A stretch of 61,284 nucleotides of DNA, filler included, from Sphacelaria rigidula (Eukaryota): the NCBI GenBank assembly GCA_964200075.2. It is 8 parts of 8 records of this genome, joined end to end, with 100 filler letters (N's around TTAATTAATTAA, not from the genome) between each part and the next. Parts side by side here need not be neighbours in the genome. Positions count along the whole stretch, not along the records: positions 1 to 7,574 come from CAXNAA020014279.1; positions 7,675 to 15,248 come from CAXNAA020014280.1; 6 more parts are not named here. One strand, written 5' to 3'. Positions 1-13,367 of the stretch are shown here, in pieces; the stretch's first letter is position 1, and each line of letters starts with the position of its first letter. A program made the translations under genes and the position numbers. The notes under the pieces are model-generated. The model was not told the DNA's origin. It saw only the letters and a list, made by a program, of their open reading frames with translations, and searched no databases.

Positions 1-322
1 CCGTTGATCTCAAATAGAGCTTGTCGTTAAGGACAATTGAAGGTATTAGCACTGATGGTGTGCGGTTGTGTTTCAAAAAAAAAAAAAAACGTTTGACGTT
101 CCCAACGAACACTGCTTTTTCTAGTTCCCTCAGAACGCTGAGAACCCTGGGCGCACATGTCTACGCATCTTGCTACGATATCGATATGCAGTAATGTTTT
201 TACAACCCACACGACGCTGCACCGCACGGCCATGTACTTCATGCTCCCACCGTGCCACGATTCACTCGGTCAACAACATCGCTAACTCTCCGAGTATCTT
301 GTGCCTGTACCTGACTCGGTAG

Positions 323-3300
323 GTGGTGGTCGACGCTTGCCAACTACGCTCAGATCCAAGGAATATCGTCGAGTACGCGAGCCAAGGGTTTGTGACACTC
401 ATCACGGGCTCTAAATTTTACTGCGGTCCTCCTTTCAGCGGTGCGGTGCTCTTCCCGCCCGCGGCTTTAGCGGAGTTAGAGACGGGAATCAAGGACCTAC
501 CCTCGGGTCTCGACGACTACTTCACGAGGCATGAGGTGACCGTGACTCTCCACTTGCACACGGGCTGACCTCTCTTTTTCCCTGACGCACATCTCGTTCG
601 ACAGTTGACATGGACAAACAAGGAATACTGTGTGTGTTGATGTTTACGAGTTGGGCGTTCTAAGCTGAATATGGACGACAGCATACGACAGAAGTGTAGA
701 ACAGTCGTGTGCAGGAACATCCTGTTGCATCTGGCCTTACCTCGAGGCAAGCGAATGCTGCGGTGGCGCTTGGTGCCCTTATGGTTTAGGTGTGCTTTCG
801 TAGTCATATTGATTACCGACCTTCCACATGGTAGGACATGCTGAGCTTCTCTCCGGGCTGTGGTGTATGATACTTCTTACTCTCCGTCCTGGACTCGTCA
901 CCCGTGTCTGGGTGTAAATGTCGTATTCCATCATTCGTCCAGGTGGATGCCAGGCATTCTGCGTTGCACTCACATCTAGCCGAGTGGGAGAACCGAGGCC
1001 TCCTACTGCGATGGGCAAGTGCATTGACTAACATGGAAGCCATGAAGAGCATTCCCAAGGACGAGATGGAGACGTTTTTGCGCGGGTAAAGAGAGTCGCC
1101 ATAGTTTGGACTTGATCGTCGGTCTAAGGCAAACCCTCTGAGACTAGAGTGAGGCCACATGCCTTGCTTTTGACCAAGGACGGACCACAAGCTACAAGCA
1201 CGCCTGGTCCACAGCAGTAAACCCAATTGTTGTGAAGCTAGTCTCGCTTGCTGTCGGGCCCACTTATCTGGATGCGGCCAACTCTTAGAGTTATCTGTAG
1301 GTTTGGTGGGTATCTCCATCCACCGCTACGGTATCCTCGGAAATGACATTGTGGATGACGTCGTCGAGATGTCTTGCTTAACGAGACGCTACGAGACTGT
1401 TGATCGACACGATCTTTTCACGATTTGGATCTGCCTGCCTACTATGCTTGCACCCCGTTGATCGCCGCGACAGCCATGACGGGATCATTCCGTCGCGGCG
1501 TGTGAAGTTCTCTAGTCCGCTTTGCCCTACAGTAGATAGCATTGCAATTGCCGCTCTCGTTCCGAACGTTTTTGCCCACTTGGCGTACCCTGGACACCCT
1601 GACGCATTTAGGAGTCAGGTAACAACGACGAATGTTCATGCCAAGAAGTGCAGTACACTCCACAATCGTCCATTTCTTGATCATAGAGAACTAACTGGTT
1701 CAACCTCGGCGGGGTGTTGAACTTCATCGAATAGTAACACCTCTACCCGTGCTACCGTTATTTCGCCCTTACTTCTGCATTTTTTATTTTTCGTCTGCCC
1801 TGCCGCTTCACCTTGTTTTTATCCATACGCGTTTACGTTAAACAAATGCATAGCCCGCATGAACACATAAAACGGCTGATGGAATCGGCATCGCCGCAAA
1901 CACTGTCCTTCCAACTTCGAAGACTATGCTGCCCTCCTGACGGTATTGTTGACCGTTGATCGAATGTATCCTATTATCTTAGGTGGACTAAAGACGTGCG
2001 CGAAACCGTCCAAAGCAAATGGCCATACCTCAGCCTACTGCCCGATCAGGGAGGGGTGCCCCCTTGCAGAGTTTTGGGCGGAGCAAATACGGTAGTTGGG
2101 CTAGTCGTGCACGTGCCAGCTTCCTCTGCAGGGCCGGACGGGAACCCCGAGGGTGCGCTTGGTTTCGATGTAAGAACCTTCTTCTGAGAGCCTCCTTCTA
2201 AGAACGTCCTTCTACGATTCACCTCGTACAATTCACCTCGTACGATTCACCGACGACCAGGAGCGCAGAAGCGTCGCGATTGTGCTGTTTGAAACATACT
2301 TTCCCGACCACTCACTCACTCACTCACTGTTGATTAGGTATGATGATGATTGAAAGTGCGGGTACAAGCCACCGGTGTTGTATCATATCGTCCATCCGGT
2401 TTGGAAGAGTTGTTGACTCGTTGCCGATTTCGTGTATCCAAGCACTCGTCGGTCCACCGTTGATCGATCCTGTCGAAACGTCTGTTTATTATTTGCGTAT
2501 CCACGGTGGCACGGTGGTGTAGGCCCTGCAGCTAGCTACCACGGGCTCCTGCGATTTTATTATGTTCTTCTTCGAAACTCTGTTCAAAGCTTTACTGTGA
2601 TGCTGAGCGTCTTGTTCGCTGTTGCTCCCTGGCGTTGTGTAATGTTGTGTCATGCGCGACGGCAGGACCTCCGCCTGTTCCACCGCTTGCTGTCGGAAAA
2701 CATCAGCAAGCTCCTGCCTCAAGGTGCATCGCTTTTTTGGGCTACTGATTGCTATCATTTCAGCTGTTTCGGTCTGCAAGATGTGCATAATTTTGATCAA
2801 TTCCGTGTGGACGTGTATACGCGCGGGAGAAATCACTTGACTTTTATTATCGGAGCAGCCCTTGACGTAAACTTGATTGCGATTGTAATCCAAAAACGAG
2901 CATCCTTTTTTGTTCATCACGAATATATATATATATATATTTCTGTCTTTTTTCTTGTTTACATCTTTGTCTACGATGTCGTTCTGTTCGACTTTTTTCT
3001 GTTCCTTTTTTATTTGAGCGAGTGTTTTAGTTTTGTTTTGTCTTGGGTACGTCGGTCATGCGACCACGGCTCGACCCATTGGTGGTCAGTTAAAGCGCGA
3101 CCATCAATCAATCAAATCAAGTAAACTGTTGTCGGATATCGGGGGGGGGGGAAGTACTCATGATCATGCATGTGTACGCTGCGTCTACATACCGAAAAAC
3201 ACGATTTGTCCGGAAGTCATTCAACAGGGGAAAATGAGGCTCTCTATTGTAGTCATTTTCGCCCATTACTACGTACTTACGACAGGAGTTTTGATGTTTC

Positions 3301-3514
3301 CCTTCCAGACGTGGCCGGGGACTACCGTTCGTTAGCACGTCACCGGGTATTGTTAGGCCAGCCGGTGAAGCTAGGCGGCGCCAGCTACGGGATCATCCGT
3401 ATCGCCCTGGGCGCCGACATGGTGATTGACACTCTGTGCCAGGGGAGCCCTCCCAGGACCGGACCGATGGATGCCGCTGCGGGAAGGAGCGCGTTGAGTC
3501 GGTTGCTAGCTCAG
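323..3514 (+). CDS. Partial spliced gene, PLP-dependent-transferase-like protein of unknown function. Exons 323-535, 943-1085, 1983-2169, 2666-2723, 3309-3514. The 5' end is missing and the 3' end is unresolved.
   Basis: All five exons have AG/GT boundaries with matching phases (0,2,0,1,0) and give one open frame. The motifs VVDACQLR and LITGSKFYCGPPFSGA resemble the D-x-x-Q and S-x-x-K..GP PLP-binding motifs of fold-type-I (class V-like) enzymes. Confidence 0.8.
2975..3120 (+). mobile_element. Probable LINE/retroposon 3' end with (TCAA)n tail, lying in an intron
   Basis: Similar to 14785-14938 (cgttctgt.cgacttttt...gcgagtgttt...gggtacgtc...gaccacggct...gtcagt.aaag.gcgac...) and ends in tcaatcaaatcaa. 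Confidence 0.5.
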
Positions 3515-6500
3515 GTACTGCGTACAGTTGTCGAAACGAGTTGACAACATCCTCGCCATGCAATAAGTACATGGCAGAGGGAGACTTGCCAACTATTCTA
3601 GAAGCTCCTCGATCTGGCTTTCACATAGTGCAGCTGTACGGGTGACCTACGGTACGTGATGGTTAGTTATCATTGGCTGCGCCTAACTAAACGCTCGTGT
3701 GCGTCTTGTGGTTTTAATGTTCTGCGGTATTCACCGCAGTTGGCTGTGGTTAGAGCAGTTTTTTTTCGCCTAAAAGTTGTCCATCCTTGCGCACGGACAT
3801 ACTATTTTGCAAGCAAAAACGCGATTTTTCCTGAGAATGATGCAGTTATGAAATCACGGCTATAGAAGCCATGGTGTTTTGGTCCACGCAGCGATAGGTA
3901 GATCAACCCGTAGGCAATTGCTGCAGGTGGCGGCCGTTGTAACAGCGCAGCTTATGCTACAATCACGTCGCTCCGCGAAGCGCGGCTTAGTTCCAAAACT
4001 GGTTCCGTCGATCGAATTGCCCTACGCTGTCGATCGTTGTGACAGGACCGGCTAGCCGTAGACAAGTGCTACTTAGTGGCTCGACACTGGCATTCTCTGA
4101 AGGAGGCAGCCACGAGCACGGCTCAGTAGGTACGGTACGTATGAGATGCCGAAGGCGGTGCGCGCTTCGTCGGAGACAGTCATTGGACGCTTCGGTACTG
4201 CCCAATAGTCTCTCGTGCGAAAATATGCATGCGCTCACAAGAAGGAAGAGAAGAGCTGACGTCGTCGCAGGCACCATCGTCTAGTTGGAGTAAATAGGAG
4301 ATACACCAACCAACCCACATCTCCAAAACATGTAGTCACCTAGAGTCCATTTGATGTGAACAAGCCACGCAACCTTTTTTGTCCAGGCAATCCCACTTGA
4401 GCGTTTTCAGGGTTGTGTTGTTGGTTGTTTTGTGACTACTAATAGCGGCTTTCGCCCTCGTCCACTCCCCATCCTTGTACACTATTATACATCATACTCT
4501 GACCTGCCACCACTGACCGAATCAGGTCAAAGTCTTGAAGGGAGCGATTTTTGTTTTACACCATATTCCTTTTCCAATATGCCTTTCCAGACGCTGCGCG
4601 AGTCAAGGACCTGACCTCAGCGGATGCGACGGGCGAATTGATGCATGAGATGAGTGAAGACGAGCTACGCGCGTTAACAACGATGATTAATGCCCGTCAG
4701 GGCGAGCTCCAGGAGGAGCTTGCAGTCTATTAGACATGGACTTGTCAGAAAATATTGACACTTATGAATACAAGGTGGCTCCACGGCAGTCGACGCCTCT
4801 CGGATAGTAGGTGTTTGGCCGTGAGCCTCTCTGATGAAGAGGCATCCATTAGATATCCATATTGCATTACCGCAGTCTAAGATTGGTCGAGCAAAATATG
4901 GGGTGTGTGTGAGGTGTACGCTGCGTCATTGTGGTATCGCGTGATGCATCGAAAAGAAACAGCCTTTGTGCACCCTTTGCTTCAAAGTCAGGCACGTGTC
5001 ATCTGGCGCCCCTCCTCCCCCCTCCCCCATGTAGACATCATTGCAGTGCCTTCTTGCCGAGACTGTTCTTCACATCGAAGCGATGAGCTTGTGTGAGACA
5101 GTGATATCAGCAAGCGCAGTCTTTGGAAAACGACAGTACCAAGTCCAGAGTAGGCATGGTCGCTACCCAGGAATTTGAAGCACTTCTTCTGCATACTTTG
5201 TTAGCAGATCTGATAGATTATTTTCTTACCTCGCCCAGATTAGCTCGGGGGGAAGCTGCTTCTCTTCTGTTTTCTTCACGCCTTTATTATTTGTTATTTT
5301 GTCTTATTGTGGCTGTCGTCTTTAGAGCCTCAGAAGATACAATGAGAGCTCTCTTTTGTAAGAGACAGCTGGTCGGTACTGGAAAGACGAGCCTATGTCT
5401 GTGACCACGGATCCGAGAGATCGGGCTAATGTACCGAAAATATTAATTAAATAATGTTAACTTGGGACGGGGACGCCGGTTAGGATAGATACGACTCCGG
5501 CTTCTTCTGCGACGGGTAGCGTATGGCTATAGAGAACTTGGGAATATCAAGTAGATAGAAGACCCGCGTAACGCTAAAAAAATCTATTCCTCTTGCCCGC
5601 TTTGAGGGAGGCAAATGCGAGCGCTACGGATATGCCGAGTGTCGATTAGCGCTGCACCCCCGTAGCTTGAGAACGCTTTGGTTTCATGCACACAGAAGGC
5701 AATGGGTGCGAATCAATACGCTCCCATCACATCTTCTCTTCTCGTTGGTTTCTTCTCATTTCTTTTGCTGTGCGCGAGATCATAACGGAACGAGTGGAAG
5801 CCACGCCATGACTTGCAAGTGCGAAACGCGGCGTGCGTGTTCATCTCGCGCCGATTCCCAGTGTCTAGGTGGGTAGCCCAGGCGATCAGCCGATCATTAG
5901 GGCTATGTGCTGAGACAGACCAGTACATATCGGTCGACACCAATATCTTGAAATGTAGTCATTTGAATCAGCGTTGACGTCAATGGACCAATATGTCTCC
6001 ACGCCTTCTGGCGTGTTGTTCGCCGAAACTATGAGTACGAGGCTCACTTTCCTCTGAATTCCATTTACTGTTCACGGGGTCGCACATCTCTCAGTTCCGG
6101 CACCATTACACCCCTCGCCCCCCCCTCCCCTATACTTGGCCCTTTGCGAATATCTGCAAATCAACCTGAACCATCATGAACGCAGTATGTACCGAGCAGT
6201 TGGTGCATCAGCTGGGGGGGATTTGCTTTGACTGCACGTAGTAGAGAACCTCTGAAGCAAGCTGACTAAAAATATAAAAATATAAATATATGGAGCGATG
6301 GTAAGAAGGATATGTCTTGCATGCTGGAATACGAGAGCAAGATGCAGACGATCACCGTCGATCGAGCTTACGTTGAAAGAGTCCACACCCTGGACAATAT
6401 AACAACATGTTTCCATTATATGCTATCATAGTCTGTCATGTTGGAATATGGCGATGCATTCCCGGTGTAGTATGAGTTAGTGCCTTGGAACTGCACACGG

Positions 6501-6730
6501 ATTGCCCACTCAATATATATATATATGTACATGTATCATTTCACATTTTTCACCACTTTTGCCGACTTTTCTCTGGCGACAAGGCATTTTCCCCCGTGCT
6601 TTCTTTTGCAGCGCACAAAGAAGGCTCGAAGGTACATTGCCGTTCAAGTTTGGATGTCATCTGATACCTGTAGCGCGTGTTCTGGCCACCGTAAGGTCGC
6701 TCAAACTGGCTCTTTTTCGTTGGGTGTCGA

Positions 6731-6827
6731 TCCCGAACCACAAAAGCCTTTTTAAGATCATGGAAAACTTGAAACAGGGACCCGAACCACAAAAGCCTGT
6801 CGAAGATCATGGGGAACTTCAAACAGT
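6731..6827. repeat. ~49-bp tandem duplication (2 copies)
   Basis: cccgaaccacaaaagcct....aagatcatgg..aactt.aaacag starts at 6732 and again at 6781. Confidence 0.8.
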
Positions 6828-7574
6828 TTTACTTTTTTTGGCGGGGTATTTTCTGCCCGTGTTTCTCTTTGTCGCGTTTTCGTTCATTTGGGAGCACGAA
6901 CACACCGGTTATGCCGTCAATGTCACGAGAACATGAGAGCAAAGCAGTTGACAGCAATTGAACCTTGCCTTGGTTTTAGTCAGCAGCAAACACAAGACCG
7001 TGCAATGGGCCGTTGGCGAGTTGAACAAGGCACAGCAGCACGGCAGCACAGGAATGTTTTGCCGCAAAAAACAATCACCCTGTAAAGGCCCGGTGATGTG
7101 GAAGCCACAGTAATGTTCAAAGGACATGCCAAGAATTTTCCACGCATTCCATTTTTTCGGGAAATATTTCCCGCTGCCATGTCTTTGTGGCACGAGAGCT
7201 ACTTCGCACTCTGGCACCTCGGAAATACCAAACACGTGCTACGCCGGCGGTTCCGCCGTCGGCCTCCGTCCGAATTCCCATAGAGCTATTTCCGAAGCAC
7301 ATCCGATGACACATGCGATGTTTTGTACAGCCACAATCTCTACCACTGTACTGTAGATTGAGGTATGATAAAACAGCGGATCCTGGAAAATGGGGTCCAT
7401 CTCAAAAATGAGGTTGAAATGGCATTTTTTTTTTGCAGAGATGGTGCGAAACACGACCGAGCGAGCGAAGCCATCTTCCCCCCCAAATGTCCGCAGCTGT
7501 CAGGCAGCTGTGGCTAGGTGCACGTAACGAATGCGGTGTACACACGTGTCGATGACGATATCATCAGAGAGAGA

Positions 7575-7674
7575 NNNNNNNNNNNNNNNNNNNNNNNNNN
7601 NNNNNNNNNNNNNNNNNNTTAATTAATTAANNNNNNNNNNNNNNNNNNNNNNNNNNNNNNNNNNNNNNNNNNNN
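7575..7674. other. Artificial contig spacer (44N-TTAATTAATTAA-44N)
   Basis: Identical 100-bp spacer carrying a six-frame stop linker. Confidence 0.98.
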
Positions 7675-8911
7675 TCTAGGGCGCGGTGGGGGTGGAGGGG
7701 GGGTGAGCAGGAGAGGGGGGGGGGGGGGGGGGGAGGGGGGGGGGGGGGGGGGAATGATGTAATGATGTGCATACTGGTACTTACCTACTGTAAAAGAATG
7801 AAGGAATTTTTCCAAGTAGCGTACATCTACTTAAAATACGACCCGAATCCACCATGTCACAACTGCTTCGATGAACATCCTTCTATCGTACGAGTCAGGA
7901 GGTCGAGGACCACAGGACATGGGGCACAGTTATCATCATTGCTTGGCGGTCCTCCTCGCAAGCAAAGAGGAACTACTGTCGGCTATCATTGTAGCGTCGG
8001 ACCTATACCAGCATACGAGAAGGTCAGCCGACGATATATTTCTGGAAAGTGGAGTGGTCTCTCACTCAAAGGCTTAATTAAAGAGTCGGATGACTGTCGG
8101 AATTCTAGCGGAAAACCCCAACGGAGAACACCGTCATTCGGGCTGCTTCTATTGATGCGAAAATATGTATCTCCTGGAAAGATGTCGCCAAGGGTTATAA
8201 TGGCGATCCTTCCACGTCGAAATGATTTGGTCAACGACATCGGCGGGAATTTCGGCACAATTTCATGTTTCCCGGCGCACGCAGTTTGGCATTGAGGCTG
8301 AGTGGGGATCTTCCGCGCAAATCCCCGTCCAAATTGCCACTTGCGCGAAAACGTGCCAGGTCAATCGAGGTTATATTAAATGTGACGGTTTTTCGGAGAA
8401 AATTTTGCAAGCCTGGCCATGAAATTTGTTGCGGCTACCAGGAAACACGAAGAGAGGGTGCTCTGGAACCGTCTCAAAGTGTCTTGCAAGTCATTCGGAG
8501 GCTTTCGAGTCCTCCTGGCGTTCTTTCACACAGACACGCGCGCGCATACACACAAATTAGCCTCCTTTTTGGGCGTGCAGCAATGTAGAAGGACCAAAGC
8601 AGTTTTCTAGAAGATTTTTTCGGGACCACGAGAAGCGGCCCGAAGGCAATAAAAAAGTGTACCGTTCTAGATATCCCAAATATTCATTCTAAACATCCCT
8701 CTTCTCGTGAACGGTGCAAATCCCCCCCACACGTCATGGAGTGCTACGCTGCTGTATTTAGTAACGCTATCAACGGAGACAACAAGGGACAACGTCAACC
8801 AAATGTTCGTGGATGATTCGTCGGTCATCTCTTCTCCCGATATGCATGGAGATTCCATGTACCCTGGACACAAGAATATCCCGTTGTCGAAAATATGCTG
8901 CGTACAGTATA

Positions 8912-9308
8912 CACACGCGGCCATTCGGCTCCTGTTTGATAATCCTCCATCATGATTTTCACCCTCTGTAGGAAAAATAGCCCTCCGGACTACTCCGGAG
9001 GATGAAATACCATCTAGTGGTGGTGCAAGTGTCGTCCAGAGATTTGGTGTGCAAACTCGAGAGGTAAATTTACACCCTGGAGAGTATTGTTTCCCCAAGT
9101 TTCGAAATTCACCAGAGGCACCCTCAGTAAAATTATGTGCTTGAGGGAATCGTGTGCCCTCTGACGGCTTCGTCTTTTGTCCCCCCCAGAGGCATTATGG
9201 ACCACCAGAAGAAGATGGTATTTCATCCAAAAGGAGGACCATTTGTCCCTCCCGAGGATGAAAATCACGACAGAGGATTTTCATACAGGAGCTGAATGAC
9301 CGCATGTG
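8912..9308. mobile_element. CAC-ended MITE (CMC/EnSpm-like, non-autonomous)
   Basis: Left TIR cacacgcggccattcggctcctgtttgataatcctc; right TIR (reverse complement) cacatgcggtcattcagctcctgtatgaaaatcctc. 2-bp TSD TA. Internal cctc/gagg motifs. Confidence 0.8.
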
Positions 9309-11816
9309 TAGCATCTAGCTTCTACCTTGATTTTGCGATATACTGGTGGGGAGTAGTCGATACTGTACGCGGTACACTTTTCGAAAACGTAATCCTTTCG
9401 TGTGGTCGAGGGTATGTCAGATTCATCATGTGGAGCTGGCTGCGGTCCAACTTCTGCTTGAATCATTTCGTGCCGATACCGCTCGAAATTTCGGAAATTT
9501 CATCTCCCGAATTCAAATTTCATCCCCCCACCCCCTGCCCCGTCCCTCTGTCGTTCTTTCCTCGGTCGAGGACAAGAACTCGAACGACACGTATATATAC
9601 CTCAACCAAGAGCATCAGACATCATCACCCCACCATCTGAATAATAATGGACCGGCTTGAGATAAAAGACGGCGCAGATCCGTGTAACAAAAATGGGGGG
9701 GGGGGCAATTAACCCCACACAACACCAGTATTGATTCAACTTCTACTAATGGGAAGTGCTCTGCGACAACCGCCCAGAGGGCATGTACGTGCACCAAATT
9801 ACCAATAATGTCGATCGGCGCCGTCGCATTTGATGAAAAAAGTGAGGATGTCTTCGTTCATGTCCTACTCTAAATCGAAACAGCGCGGTCGAACATAAAC
9901 CTCGCCAAGAAACCAATACGCATACGCGGAACATCTGCAACCGGCAACAGCAGGGTCAAATTCTCAAACGTCGTCCTTGAGCTCTTCGTTTCATTGTCAT
10001 ATATTGTATGCCCTAAAACAAGGACTCCATCTCTCAATATTTCCTTCATCTGGGCAGTAGCCAGCCGGAATCATCTATCGCTACAACAGCCAACAATCTG
10101 TACACCATCGAAAAAATGATGGTCGTGCAAGTGAAACACAGAATATATAGTAGTACAGAGTGTGCATGGCCGTGCAGTACACGTAATCACTCACCCACGC
10201 CAACAACTCCACACGGTCCCAAAAAACAGCCATTGAGGGTGTTATGATTCTTTGGAACGAAGTTGAGCCACGTCGAGATGTGGAACTGAGCAGGTTCACA
10301 TTTCACCGTTTCCCGTTATATGTAAGCTACATACCGTACATTAACTCCTAGAAACCCTACTTCTTCTGGAACTTAGACTCCCTTCTGTAAGATCGTTACG
10401 CAGGGGGAGGATGAGGGGTGGGTAATTGGGGGGGAGGGGGCTGTTTAGGTGGGACAGCGGATGCTTCTCTTCCAAGACAAACTTGAACCAGAACGCAGGG
10501 AGTAGGGAGAGCGACACACTTCAACACGTTACTACTTCAAATAGCGGATAAACCATGAACACCATGCACAACCCGACTCTGAAAAAATGACGAAGGGAGA
10601 TCAAGATCGGAGGGAAAAGAGGACGATGGGGCTGCATTGCATTACGGTGCTGTACTGCACCATCGTAGTTTCCGATAGTATTGATATGGTGCCATGACGT
10701 GTCGGACGTGCCGCTGTGTCCGAGATGGCTCCGAAAATTGTGGTATCGGTGTCTATCATGGTGTCTACAGTGCTGTCTGGCAGAGGGTGCTAGGTCGTGC
10801 CTAATGAGTGCTTCCCAAGACAAATACTGAAGTACCTACTAACAGGTATACACAGACAACAGTAGTCCAGTATCATCAACAGTTTCTGTAGAAATACTCC
10901 GCCATGAACCCGCATGAACCAGAACAAAGTTGCATGGCGAGTGCGCGCCAGAGAACATGCTGTCGTTGATGGTCGTAACGACTCAGGAAAACGGGTGAAA
11001 CGGTTCAGCCACCTCCCCCTTCGCAAGCGCCGAATCCTTTATTCACTACATGCAAACGATGTCGCGGGCAGCGGTGTGGAGGTTACACATTTATCCAAAC
11101 ACTCTGTGTTGTACGAGTACGGCCGAGAAACAGCATTTCGAAGATACCCGTACTAAATGACTGCGGGATAAAATGCGCACACACAGCATTCATGCAGGGG
11201 TTGGCACCTACCCAGAGTCAGTGACCTCAAAGACGGCGTAGGAATCTCAGGGGAAGAGTTCTCGAAACAGAAGTGTTGAGCTGTGTCCGTCTGCACTGTT
11301 GCACTGTGTTCGTGTCGGTAGAGGGCTGAGATGAAGTAGCAAAGTGTGTGTGCGCTGTATGAAGCGTAACTATTACAGATCTCAAACTCTTAGTTTTATA
11401 GATTTTATTTGTCATTTCTCAACACAGCGTGTTGTGTCGCGTGCCCTCGGCTTGCCCTGTGTCGCAATGCTGAATGGTGGTGTATGAAAAACTAAAAGCA
11501 GCAATTGGCAAGTCTTCAGCTCTGATACGTTATCGTGCTCATGTGGCATGCACATAACTTGAAAAAGAATATACTCGGGGATAATTCGCGTCGAAACAGC
11601 GATGGACATGGTCATCATAATTTTTCTTTCATGACAACCAAATACTGCAGAGAGAGGGAGATACTTTTAGACTTGATAGTAGAAGACAAATGATGCAAAT
11701 ACCGCATTGTCATCGGAACAACGGGTACTAGCAGACAAACAAAGGCGAGAAAACAGTACACACTCTGTGGCACTTAAGATCCTCAGCTGGCACGTCAGCA
11801 GTGGGATACGGAGACA

Positions 11817-12026
11817 ATGTCGAGCAGCAGGCTTAGGACGAGAATACTGGGCGTCGTGGTGGGTGCGGCCACCGTGAAACCGAGCTTATCTTTTACACTG
11901 ATCAGGAATGTCCGTGTATCTGTGGGCGTCGGCCGCATGTCGACTGCTGCTGCTTCCAGCACCAGAATGTCGGCTGGCGCGGCGACTGTTGACGCCCAAC
12001 AGTACGCAGACTTCATCAGGGAGAAG
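11817..12026 (+). CDS. Probable first exon of an organelle-targeted protein; product unknown
   Basis: ATG at 11817, 70 codons, GT donor at 12027. A hydrophobic stretch, SLSF, then a Ser/Thr/Arg/Ala-rich segment (RMSTAAASSTRMSAGAAT) resembles a stramenopile bipartite presequence. Downstream exons were not identified. Confidence 0.55.
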
Positions 12027-13051
12027 GTGTGCACGTTGTACGTGGGGCGTGTACGCTTTGTATACTTACCGAAGATATTTTGATGCGAGGCTTGTGTTTT
12101 CCCTGCCGTGAACTTTGTCCTCGCTGTTGTTTTGCCTTTCATGTTGATCAATGTTGCTCATATTCAAACCTGCATGCGTAACGTGAAACAGCTGCACCTC
12201 GTAGCATTTCGCCTGATTTAGTGTTACGCTCGTTACCACCCCCAAATACCAACGCGTCGAGGAGTTAACGAAGTCTTTGGGGGATGGAGTCGAAAAGATA
12301 GAAGCGCAGTGCCACATATCACCTCTATAGCTACCTCCCTCCAGAACCCCGGCTCGATTCTATGAGTCGTACCACACAAACGTGCGATGGATACTTTTCT
12401 ACAGGTGGCACAGATATTGCACCCAACCGAACCTTGGAAATTTATTTTCCGTCCTGTCATCCGACGCGTGATCGCACAGTCATATTTCCTGCACCAGAGT
12501 AGTGATGATCTGCGCGCGTGATTGTCAGGGTATCTAGTATCTTCGGACGGCAGATCTGGGGGCTTACGCGACGGTCAAATCAAAAACATACTGTGAATAT
12601 TTATAGTGTAGAGTATATCCCAGTACGACTGATTTTGTCTCACGTTCTTCATCACTCTCTCAAAAAAGTTATGGTGGAGACAGCAAACTTTATGAAGCAT
12701 GTAATCGTAGTCATAATGGCGCGAAAAAATTATAACCTCCATAGCTACACCCGCCAGGTCCTCCGCGGCACAATTCTACCCACTACAGCGCACAAACTGT
12801 CGGTAGTCATGTATTGCTATTTCCCAGAAGCTGGCACAGCACTTACAATTACTAATTGATTTTGTACAAACACGATCTGGTCGTTGTCCATTCTTGACAT
12901 CCGAACCGCCTATGATGACTCGTCCCTAACTCGTAAGTCTCTGTCTGATGACCACGGCTGGATACCTCGGGAGTCAGCTATTGTGGGACAAATTGACCAG
13001 TCATTGCCGTGTATGTTGTGTGTGTCGTGTGTGTTGACATCCCATCTGAAC

Positions 13052-13367
13052 AGGCGCATCAGCCGGGGTCACACACGAGGAAGGTCAACACATGATTTTT
13101 TTTTGTCTTCTCTTCATTCGTTTGTCTTAACACTCCACCTTCCTTCTGCGGTGCTTGCCTTATTTATTTCATGGCGACAAGGTTTCAGCAGTCTCTTTCC
13201 CCTCATCGACCATGAACTCGATCTTTGTGTGCCCACGACATAGTCACTCTCCACTGTTTGGCATGATGTAAAAAATAATCCTAGATCGTGTGACTTCACC
13301 CAGATTCGAACCAATGTCCCAACCGTCAGAGTTTTCGAGGATTCCAACTGAGCCACAGGGGCGACCG
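13052..13367 (-). mobile_element. tRNA-derived SINE
   Basis: The minus strand begins cggtcgcccctgtggctcagttgg (A box) followed by ggttcgaatc (B box). The body matches copies at 25473 and 40878. Confidence 0.8.

Noticed and set aside
4591-4733. Possible last exon of the PLP-like gene (DAARVKDL...EELAVY*)
   Set aside because: It has a good acceptor and looks coding, but its phase does not match the donor at 3515 and no bridging exon was found.
4825-4843. CTGATGA within a hairpin as a hammerhead ribozyme core
   Set aside because: The motif is a simple loop (gcctct/agaggc) with no stem II followed by GAAA.
11990-12026. Glutaredoxin identity for the gene starting at 11817
   Set aside because: Only a vague N-terminal resemblance; no CxxC-bearing exon was found in the contig.
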